The notes under the pieces: generated by a model
The model's input: the letters and a program-made list of their open reading frames with translations, nothing else
What the model was told of the DNA's origin: nothing
The model's database searches: none
Program-made: the position numbers and the translations under genes
In this document: positions 56,396 through 64,000 of the stretch, piece by piece
How positions within the stretch are numbered: the first letter of the stretch is position 1
How the letters are laid out: each line of letters begins with the position of its first letter
Assembly (NCBI GenBank): GCA_039000165.1
Contig: JAWBTW010000002.1
Span: 1 to 64,000, forward strand
Direction of reading: 5' to 3'
Origin: Candidatus Aenigmatarchaeota archaeon
GTDB taxonomy: Archaea > Aenigmatarchaeota > Aenigmatarchaeia > CG10238-14 > SCSR01
Length of the DNA: 64,000 bases

Positions 56396-56887
56396 TTATG
56401 CTGATTCTACAGGACCTGTAATTCTTGCTGTAAAGTCGTGAGATACGTCACCTGTAGTATAATACTTCCCTGATACGTCAATTGTGTAGCAATCACCAAC
56501 AGCTACGGAATCTGGATCTGCGCTGGTTATGTCTACTGTTATCTCTGCGGTTTGACCTGTCTGTAAAGTTGTATCTGCACCTGGCCAAGTTGCTGTATCA
56601 CCTGTTGGCGACATACTAAAAGTTAGAGGAGAAGCAGCCTTAAAAGTTATAGCCTCTGGCAAACCATTCGTTATTCTCATCTGCAATCTATTTCCGTTTG
56701 CTATCTGTGTTACTTTTATATAACTTCTATCAGTAGAAAAACCTCCTGGAACAGTTACTTGTGTTCCTGTCCATCTGCAAGGCTTTGTTAGCCCTAGAGC
56801 ATACAAAGCAGCTACTACGATTATCACTATTAGGATTGCCCATCCATAAGTCATCAAATACTCCAAAGCGGTTTGTCCTTTCCTCAT
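56396..56887 (-). CDS. Type IV pilin (class III signal peptide)
   Basis: MRKG|QTALEYLMTYGWAILIVIIV. Confidence 0.92.
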   Translation of the reverse strand: MRKGQTALEYLMTYGWAILIVIIVVAALYALGLTKPCRWTGTQVTVPGGFSTDRSYIKVTQIANGNRLQMRITNGLPEAITFKAASPLTFSMSPTGDTATWPGADTTLQTGQTAEITVDITSADPDSVAVGDCYTIDVSGKYYTTGDVSHDFTARITGPVESA

Positions 56888-56929
56888 TTTCTCACTAAAA
56901 TTGAATTTCTTTTTCTTTAAATATAAGCT

Positions 56930-57928
56930 TTATGCTGGCAAGAAAAACAGGTTTGCTAACAAAAGCCTTGCTCCAATAAAAACCAAAAGCCCTACAGCGA
57001 TTAAAGCAAAAACAAATTTTATTCCTGCCTTTTCCTTTCCTGCCTCTATTAAACCAATAATTATTCCTCCAAAAGTTGTTGTTATGATAATGGCTGCCAT
57101 GGAAAAGTTAAAGATAAATTGAGGATCAATAGAAGGAGCAGCAAATTTAATTATGCTTAATCCTCCTACTGCAGAAGTTTCAGGCATCTCTATTCCTGCG
57201 CTAACCCTTATTATCATCTCTACTAAATGAGTTGAAATTGCATAAAGCAAAGGAGCACCAATAGCTACAGCAAAAAGAATAAACATTCCGTACATAGCAA
57301 CATTAGCCCTTACTTCTTTTCTTAAAGATTGAGTTTGTCTTGCATCGTTTGCAGTTTCATCAAGCAAAGTAGCTAGTTCTCCTCCTGAACGCAAGCCTTC
57401 AACTATAAGCCTTATAGCTCTGTTAAGCATTTTCGACTCAATCCTCTTAGGAATTTCAAGCAAAGCGTCCTCTATGGTTCTTCCTGTTAAAGCTTCCTTT
57501 GCCGCCCTTTTTATTTCTATTTCTAAGGGCCCAAACTCAGGTCTTGCAGCAAGAAGCAAAGCTCGATCAGGAGTAATTCCTGCCCTAATGTTTGCTGCCA
57601 TTAGTTGCAAGGCATCTGGTAAAATTTCATCAACAAAAGAAGCCTTCCTGTCAGCTATTAGAATTAGAATAGCATGCTCAACCAAAACAAAAACACAGAG
57701 AAAACCAAGAAAAGCAATTATAAAGTAGAGAAAATTTATGAAACCGATCAAGAAAAGGGAAAGGCTTATTATGAAGCTGAGGAAAATTTCTACCAATAAA
57801 GTAAAGCCGATAAAAATATCAACGCTAGTTGGAATTCCACAACAAACAAGTTTTCTTTCTAGATATTCTCTATAACCTTTTGGCATCGCTCTTCCGATTT
57901 TCCTGTAAATCTTAACAAAACTTATCAT
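56930..57928 (-). CDS. T2SS F / TadC-like pilus assembly membrane protein
   Basis: LPDALQLMAANIRAG.T, EFGPL, SGG.LA.LL. Confidence 0.9.
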   Translation of the reverse strand: MISFVKIYRKIGRAMPKGYREYLERKLVCCGIPTSVDIFIGFTLLVEIFLSFIISLSLFLIGFINFLYFIIAFLGFLCVFVLVEHAILILIADRKASFVDEILPDALQLMAANIRAGITPDRALLLAARPEFGPLEIEIKRAAKEALTGRTIEDALLEIPKRIESKMLNRAIRLIVEGLRSGGELATLLDETANDARQTQSLRKEVRANVAMYGMFILFAVAIGAPLLYAISTHLVEMIIRVSAGIEMPETSAVGGLSIIKFAAPSIDPQFIFNFSMAAIIITTTFGGIIIGLIEAGKEKAGIKFVFALIAVGLLVFIGARLLLANLFFLPA

Positions 57929-57929
57929 C

Positions 57930-58838
57930 TTATACCTCCAGGCTTGGCCTCCTAACTTTTATCAAACCAATAAACATGAATTGGAAGATTATCAAGAATC
58001 CCAAAATTAGGTATAGGAAAATGTCTAAGGGCAGGAATGAAAGACCAAAGAAAGAAGAAAGAATTATTATGAAAGTTATTCCTAGAGTTGGAATAATAAC
58101 TGCAGTCATCAAATACATCAAAGCCATAGGATTAAGCTGAGCTCCATACCTTCTAATCTCAATTCTCTGGTCTATTGCTAAGCCATTAACTATTTCTCTT
58201 AAAGTTGTTGCTATGTCTGAGCCAGCTCTCATTCCATTAACTAGTTGCCAAATAACCCTTCTAAAGTAGAGAGAAGGATTCCTAAAAGACATGTTTTCCA
58301 AAGCTTCTATCTCAGAAACTCCTGCGTTTATTTCCTTTACTGCTTCTTCAAATTCTTCTGAAACCAAACCATAATCTCCTGCAGCAACAGAAACCATAGC
58401 GTTAAAAAGAGTAACTCCTGACCTAACTTGAATCAGCAAATGCCTTAAAGCATAGAGCAAATCTCTTTCCAAAAGCCTTATTTTCTTAATCAAGAGCATT
58501 TTTGGGTAAAGAATTACGTAATAAAAAACAAAGAAAGTTATTCCTATATCTAGGGAAAGCATGGTAACAAGATAAGTTGGAGTAAAGGCAGCTAAAGGAT
58601 TTAAAGGATTAGAAATTATCCCCAAGAAAATTGTTATGAAAATCATTAGAGCAAAATAAAAAAATGCGGTAAAAATTGCTAAGGCAATGTATTCCCTAGG
58701 GTTCAAATCAACCTTTGCTTGTTTAAGCTCATAACTTAAAGAAGGAAAAAGCTTTGCCATCTCTTTGCTTACTCCAAAAAACTTCCTTGCATAATTCAAA
58801 GCTACTTCTGTTTTGAAAGGAAGTAGGGGAATCCTCAA
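57930..58838 (-). CDS. T2SS F / TadB-C-like pilus assembly membrane protein
   Basis: LLYALRHL...SG, YG.VSEEF, AVIIPTLG. Confidence 0.9.
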   Translation of the reverse strand: MRIPLLPFKTEVALNYARKFFGVSKEMAKLFPSLSYELKQAKVDLNPREYIALAIFTAFFYFALMIFITIFLGIISNPLNPLAAFTPTYLVTMLSLDIGITFFVFYYVILYPKMLLIKKIRLLERDLLYALRHLLIQVRSGVTLFNAMVSVAAGDYGLVSEEFEEAVKEINAGVSEIEALENMSFRNPSLYFRRVIWQLVNGMRAGSDIATTLREIVNGLAIDQRIEIRRYGAQLNPMALMYLMTAVIIPTLGITFIIILSSFFGLSFLPLDIFLYLILGFLIIFQFMFIGLIKVRRPSLEV

Positions 58839-61800
58839 GTTTTCAACTCCTTCATCAAATCTCCTAACAATCTCTCTGGACTAATATTAGCTTTTATTGC
58901 ACTTATTATTTTTTCTGGTTCAGAATAATACTCAGAAATAACAAAACCAACAGTATTGACAGTATTAATATTGTGCCTAACTAACCAATCAAGAACCATT
59001 TGCCTTTGAGCAAGCTCTTGAGCTATTTCTTGATCTGTCATTCCTGTGTAAAGCCTTAAGTCGTCCATTATTCTCATGCTTGTCTTGAAAGGAATAATTT
59101 CATCCTTATCTGCTCTCCACCTAAACAAAGTGTTAAGCTGAACTCCTCTTTCACTTGGAATAATTTCAGAAACTTGAAAAACTCTCCTTATTCCTTTTCT
59201 TCTGTCTCTGTGCATTGCTAGTATAATATGCAAAGCTTCTAAGAGCATTTCTGGCACGTTTATCGGTGGATTAACTAATCTTCTAACAGTTTGCTCTGCA
59301 GTGTCTGCATGCAAGGTTGAATAAACTGAATGACCAGTGTGCATAGCTTCGAACAAAACTTCTGCTTCCCTTGCCCTTCTTATTTCTCCTACTATTATTC
59401 TGTCTGGCCTCATTCTCAAAGCGTTTACCATTAAATCTAACATAGAAACTTCTCCCTTTCCTTCAGGGTTCGGCTCTCTTGTTGTTAGAGGGACCCAGTG
59501 CAAGAAATCTGGCAACTGAATTTCTCTTGTGTTGTGCGCTATTATATTGTTACAAACAAAACTTTCATTTCCTGGAACACTTATATCATAAACATAACCT
59601 TCAAACTCTCTTTCCTTTATTTCCTTTACTCTATCCCAAAAGATGTCGTTACTAGCTAACTTTATTAAAATTTCATTTCCACCATCGTTTGCAATCTTAC
59701 TCACAATTTCTTTCAACAATTCTCTCCCTATGTTAGATTTCATGTAATTTCTGTGCCAAGATTTCCATCCCTTATAACTTCTTTTTACTCCAACCTCTTC
59801 TTTTAACAATTTTTTAAGTCTGAGATAAAAGTGCTTTGGCAAAGGAACTACATCAGAAACATCATGGACTTTTTTATGCAACAAACTAAAAAGTTTTTCG
59901 TTGTTTTTCTCTTGCAAAAATCCAACTTCATAAAAGAAAGTTTTTAAAAATTTTGAACCAGAGATTGTTGCTTGATAAGTATTATCCTTAAACTTTTTTC
60001 CTATTCTTAAAGGAATTCCAAACCTTAGCAAAAGTGTTTGAATATCTTTTAGAAGATTGAATGAAACAGAAGAAACTGCAACATCCTTTGACCTTACCCA
60101 ACCATCTCCTGAAAAGTATCCTTTTAAAAATGCTGCTAGCTCTTCTTTTTCCAGACCAAAAACCCAACTTGGAACTCTTTTAGTATAGACATTTCCTTCT
60201 AACCCTAAAACTTCTTTGAAAAATGTTTTAAACAGTTTTGAATTAAGCATCAAGGAAATTTTATCACTATGCAATTTACAACCCATTCTAAACCTTTTTG
60301 CAATTTTCCTAATAATTTTTTTACTTTCCTCATCAGTAACAGAAAAAATAACAGAATTTCTATCGTAACAGCCATCTGCAAGCCAAAGCCCAGCTACTAA
60401 TGCTAAATCTTTATTTACGCTAACTTTTAAAGGTAAGAAAGAACCGCTTCTAGATTTTATTTTTCCTTTTCTTGGTTTAACGTTTAGCTTCTGCAGCACT
60501 TCAGCTTTCAAAACTCCTTTTTTTAAGTAATAGTAAGCTTGTTGCTTTGATAAAAGTTTTGATTCTACCAGCTTTTTAAAGTTTTTTCTAATAAATTCTT
60601 TGTCCACTTCAACAAAACATCCTTTGAATTTCTCAAGCTCTAAGGAAAGGTCAAAAACTTTCTTTTTTCCTTCATAAGGGAGTATTCTTGGTACTGCAAT
60701 AAAACTTCCAACTTTTATTTCTTTTCCAGGAATTGGCACTATTTCACCGTTTTCGTTCAAACCAAAAAGAGAATGATCTTCTGTAACTGAAATCTTTCTT
60801 CCGCTAGCTAAAATTATATCTAAAACTTTCTTTTTTACTTTATGCCTAATAAAGTGGGAAGGTAGAGCAAGCTTAATTTTTCCATCTTTATCCATGGAAA
60901 AAATTTTTATGTTATCTTTGTTTTCAACTTTTTCTTCACCATCGGGGAGTAAAGAATCTATTAGTTCGCCAATAGCCTTTCTAAAGATTTCTCCTTTCCT
61001 TTCAAAAAGGATTTCACAATCGCCAGTGACGCTATCCTCTATCGAAACAATTCTATGGTTTGGTGGAATGAAAGTTGTTAAAACGTTCAGAATAGAAGTT
61101 TTTCCTGTTGCAGTCCCCCCAGAAACTATTATGTTCATTTCATAATGAATGGCAAGCCAAAGCAAGGAAGCTACCTCTTTGTTTATTGTATTGTTTCTTA
61201 TCAAGTCAGTTATCGTCCAAGGTTTTCTCGCAAATTTTCTTATCGTAATAGTATTTCCTTTTGTTGAAATCGGGAATAAAGTTGCGTTAACTCTGTCTCC
61301 TGTTGTTAGGTGCGCATCCATCAAAGGGTTTAAACTAGTTATTTGCCTTCCAACTTTCCTTCCTATCATGCTTGCATAGTTGTAAATTTCCAAATCACTT
61401 TTTATTACTATGTTAGTCTTAAGCCAACCATACTTTTTATGATAAACCCACAAAGGCTCTTGAGAATTGTTTATAACTATTTCTTCCAGATTTTCATCCT
61501 TAAGCAAAACTTCAACTTTTCCCAAGCCTAGCATCTCATGAACTAAAGTACCTGCCAAAATTCTTTTTTCTTCCTCAGAAATTCTTGGTAATTGTCTTTG
61601 AATTAGTTCTAAAGCCTTGTTGAAAAACCTTTGCTTCAAATCTTCCATCACTCTTGGGTCAAGAATTTCCTGAACTTTCACTCCAACTTCAGTTATTAAC
61701 CTTTCCCTTATAGCAGATAAAACTGCTAGGGTTGCTTCCTCAAACTTTGGTAAAGAAACTTCATAAATGGGAACAAATTCACCTTCTATTTTAACTATGT

Positions 61801-61855
61801 TAACCTCTGCAGGCACACCTTCTGCAACAAGCTTATAGCTATCCAATATTCTCAT
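58835..61855 (-). CDS. Pilus assembly ATPase (VirB11/CpaF-like), intein-containing
   Basis: TIRKF, GGTATGKT, IED|T.E, ALRMRPDRIIVGE.R, TGH...T.HA. Confidence 0.94.
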   Translation of the reverse strand: MRILDSYKLVAEGVPAEVNIVKIEGEFVPIYEVSLPKFEEATLAVLSAIRERLITEVGVKVQEILDPRVMEDLKQRFFNKALELIQRQLPRISEEEKRILAGTLVHEMLGLGKVEVLLKDENLEEIVINNSQEPLWVYHKKYGWLKTNIVIKSDLEIYNYASMIGRKVGRQITSLNPLMDAHLTTGDRVNATLFPISTKGNTITIRKFARKPWTITDLIRNNTINKEVASLLWLAIHYEMNIIVSGGTATGKTSILNVLTTFIPPNHRIVSIEDSVTGDCEILFERKGEIFRKAIGELIDSLLPDGEEKVENKDNIKIFSMDKDGKIKLALPSHFIRHKVKKKVLDIILASGRKISVTEDHSLFGLNENGEIVPIPGKEIKVGSFIAVPRILPYEGKKKVFDLSLELEKFKGCFVEVDKEFIRKNFKKLVESKLLSKQQAYYYLKKGVLKAEVLQKLNVKPRKGKIKSRSGSFLPLKVSVNKDLALVAGLWLADGCYDRNSVIFSVTDEESKKIIRKIAKRFRMGCKLHSDKISLMLNSKLFKTFFKEVLGLEGNVYTKRVPSWVFGLEKEELAAFLKGYFSGDGWVRSKDVAVSSVSFNLLKDIQTLLLRFGIPLRIGKKFKDNTYQATISGSKFLKTFFYEVGFLQEKNNEKLFSLLHKKVHDVSDVVPLPKHFYLRLKKLLKEEVGVKRSYKGWKSWHRNYMKSNIGRELLKEIVSKIANDGGNEILIKLASNDIFWDRVKEIKEREFEGYVYDISVPGNESFVCNNIIAHNTREIQLPDFLHWVPLTTREPNPEGKGEVSMLDLMVNALRMRPDRIIVGEIRRAREAEVLFEAMHTGHSVYSTLHADTAEQTVRRLVNPPINVPEMLLEALHIILAMHRDRRKGIRRVFQVSEIIPSERGVQLNTLFRWRADKDEIIPFKTSMRIMDDLRLYTGMTDQEIAQELAQRQMVLDWLVRHNINTVNTVGFVISEYYSEPEKIISAIKANISPERLLGDLMKELKT
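59531..61033 (-). mobile_element. Intein with LAGLIDADG homing endonuclease, 501 aa
   Basis: Starts SVTGD, block B VTEDHSLF, GLWLADG and FLKGYFSGDG, ends VYDISVPGNESF...AHN followed by Thr. Confidence 0.93.
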
Positions 61856-62502
61856 TTTCTCATCCTTAGCTCAGGTTCGCCTATTGCAGGATAAAAAATT
61901 TCAGCCAAACCATGATCTTCCAAAATCTTTGCCCATTCTTCTATAACTTCTTTGCTTACATTAAACATTTTTTCCAGCTCGCTAAACTTTACTCTTTTCT
62001 TTTCCTTTATAACAGCAAGTATTCTGTCTATATCAGTTTCCATCATGCTCGGAACTTTTTCCACAGTAGAGACTTTTTCAGAAACTGCTTCTGCCATGAG
62101 CTTAGCAAGAGATTTTATTATATCGTCTCGAGCAATTATTCCTACAATATTATTCTTTTTATCAACTACAGGAAGCCTTTTAACTTTGTATAAACTCATC
62201 AATAAAACAGCTCTATCTAAACCATCCTCTTCATTAGCTACTATAACAACTTTTTTCATTATTTCCTTTACTTTTGTCACACCTTTTTCTTTTAAGGCTC
62301 CTTCATCTATTGCTAACAAATTTTTCTTTCCTACCAAATCCAAAATGTCTGCTTCTGTTATTATTCCAACTATTTTTCCTTCTTTAACAACAGGTAAGCC
62401 TGAAACTTTTGATTCTGCAAGAATTTTTACAACTTCCATTATGCTTTGTTCAGGAGAAACTGTAATAACATTTTTTGACATAACATCCTTTACTTTAAGC
62501 AT
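61852..62502 (-). CDS. CBS-pair protein with C-terminal wHTH-like domain
   Basis: Two CBS repeats; ETDID...EEWAKILE.HGL. Confidence 0.85.
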   Translation of the reverse strand: MLKVKDVMSKNVITVSPEQSIMEVVKILAESKVSGLPVVKEGKIVGIITEADILDLVGKKNLLAIDEGALKEKGVTKVKEIMKKVVIVANEEDGLDRAVLLMSLYKVKRLPVVDKKNNIVGIIARDDIIKSLAKLMAEAVSEKVSTVEKVPSMMETDIDRILAVIKEKKRVKFSELEKMFNVSKEVIEEWAKILEDHGLAEIFYPAIGEPELRMRK

Positions 62503-62540
62503 ACTTATCTAATAATTAATTTGATTTTCTTAATTAAAAT

Positions 62541-63554
62541 TTAGCAAGGATTAAGCAAAGGATTCCCAAAAAGTTGATATTTCATTAAACGTTGCTGATC
62601 GTCAATTTCATTATCAATTCTAAACCAGTTTGGTACATCTGGGTTGTTTATCCAATAACAACTCAAATCTTCTGACCGAATCGAAGAGTTCCAGTAAAGA
62701 AAATCTACAACAGTCCTGTTTGGCTGAGGTTCTATACCTAAAGCTTTTAACTTTTGAATATTAACAAAACTTTCCAACCCTATTAACATTGAACTCTGAT
62801 AATTTGCTACCAGCCTTCCTTCCAGTCTATCTAAAAAGCTTGGCCCGTATAGCGAAGAATGAAAATACCCATTTTCTGCATCGTTAGCTAAATTTTCGAA
62901 ATGATAGTTTCCTGAAGAATCTTGATAAGTATGATTGCTTTCAAAAGGACACTTCCAAATTGTTTTTCTATATCTTCCATTGGTATATAAAGGTGCTAAA
63001 GGATCCTCTAAACCTTCAATAGAAATCAAAACTTCCTTTTGCCCATTTCTATAAATCCTTATTGTTTCAGTGTTATCAGAAATGTTTATCGTGAAATTTA
63101 TTCTGAAAAGGATGTTGAAACTATCAAAAGGCTTTATTTCTATTTCGCTTGTGTTTAGCTTGAATTTAAAAGTTTTGTTTGCTTTTTTCTCTATTTCTTC
63201 CATCCAGTAGGTTATGCTATTATTGTACATGATATCATTTCTGCTTCCTTCTAGGGTTCCATTTTGAGCTAGTTCAAAAATTTTTTCTATAGCTTTACCT
63301 TGTTCAAAAGGTTTTCCTCCTAAAGTAACGTTATCAACAGCTGCGATCAAAGCCCTTTTTGCTGAAATTCTTAAAGCTCTTTCTATATCCTCTTCTATAT
63401 TTTTTGCAAAATAGTGCAATTGGTCAGAAATAATTTTTTCTGCTGCATCTTTCCTTAAGGAATAGGAAATGTTTAAGTAAGTGAGTAGAATTGCTACTAC
63501 CGAAGCTACAATCAAAACTGAAATTATAGTATAGATTAAACCTTTCATGCCCAC
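62541..63554 (-). CDS. Pilin-like secreted protein of the pilus locus
   Basis: MKG|LIYT class III-like N-terminus; SIEGLEDPL, GPSFLDRLEG, GLESFV. Confidence 0.7.
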   Translation of the reverse strand: MGMKGLIYTIISVLIVASVVAILLTYLNISYSLRKDAAEKIISDQLHYFAKNIEEDIERALRISAKRALIAAVDNVTLGGKPFEQGKAIEKIFELAQNGTLEGSRNDIMYNNSITYWMEEIEKKANKTFKFKLNTSEIEIKPFDSFNILFRINFTINISDNTETIRIYRNGQKEVLISIEGLEDPLAPLYTNGRYRKTIWKCPFESNHTYQDSSGNYHFENLANDAENGYFHSSLYGPSFLDRLEGRLVANYQSSMLIGLESFVNIQKLKALGIEPQPNRTVVDFLYWNSSIRSEDLSCYWINNPDVPNWFRIDNEIDDQQRLMKYQLFGNPLLNPC

Positions 63555-64000
63555 ACCTTTATTTCAAGATTAGTCAAACCCCAAAGAGAAGGAACTGCTG
63601 CAACGTACAAAGTTTCGAACAAAATCTCTGGAGTTATCATTATGTCTATTGGGTTATTCTCGGTTCCTGGCCACCAATTTCTATCACTAATATCTAAGGG
63701 ATTTTCTGGCAAGTCAGGTGGTCTGATAAAGTTCAATTGGTTTAAAAGCATAAGAAAAGCATAGTCAACTGCGTTATGTGTAACGTTTAAATCTTGAACT
63801 CTTCCCAAAGTTGCGTTAAATTTAGGAACGTTTCTTCCTATTACTACCGCATAAGAACCGTCTGCAGTTCCATCATGATCTCTATCATAGTAAACAGTTA
63901 TGTTTCTCCCTTCTATGTAAGGAAAAACGATTGAGGAATAAGCTGTATAAGACTTAAAGCTTGCTGTATAAATTACTCTATCACGAGAGGAGCAAATGCT
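63545..64000 (-). CDS. Partial CDS (C-terminus), probably pilus-associated
   Basis: Frame open to the window edge; ends VPSLWG...EIKVWA and overlaps the next gene. Confidence 0.6.
   Translation of the reverse strand, partial: SICSSRDRVIYTASFKSYTAYSSIVFPYIEGRNITVYYDRDHDGTADGSYAVVIGRNVPKFNATLGRVQDLNVTHNAVDYAFLMLLNQLNFIRPPDLPENPLDISDRNWWPGTENNPIDIMITPEILFETLYVAAVPSLWGLTNLEIKVWA

Noticed and set aside
61912..62512. Long plus-strand ORFs opposite the CBS gene
   Set aside because: Antisense shadows without recognisable motifs

Overview
AT-rich, gene-dense archaeal chromosome segment. Gene content (aIF2-alpha/Nop10/PAC2, RqcH, Lhr, BHB-type tRNA introns, archaeal RNase P RNA, class III pilins, almost no biosynthetic metabolism) suggests a DPANN archaeon, possibly Aenigmarchaeota-like; this is inference. 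Housekeeping content includes SMC-ScpAB with an unusually short SMC, FtsZ plus a PRC-barrel gene, AsnRS, SerRS, uS2, six tRNAs (two with 10-nt introns), RNase P RNA and a type IV pilus locus whose ATPase carries a 501-aa LAGLIDADG intein. The main finding is two tRNA-adjacent loci that each encode a paralogous radical SAM (SPASM/twitch-type) enzyme directly preceded by a homologous Lys-rich 24-25 aa peptide missing from the ORF track (MPAGLVLKRSKEKGKIKAKKSWGH and MKRCCSPLVFKEKKSKVKAVEKWGN). One locus adds a SelO/kinase-like gene and the other a nucleotidyltransferase, making a candidate archaeal RiPP family with a C-terminal W-G-(H/N) motif. Other signals: a perfect 16-bp palindrome (TGTTAGACGTCTAACA) that delimits gene cassettes at 48-55 kb, iteron-like repeats beside an AT-rich tract upstream of ftsZ, a stand-alone PqqD/RRE gene facing an acidic micropeptide, and putative donor-strand pilins. 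All calls come from visual motif recognition; no database searches were run.
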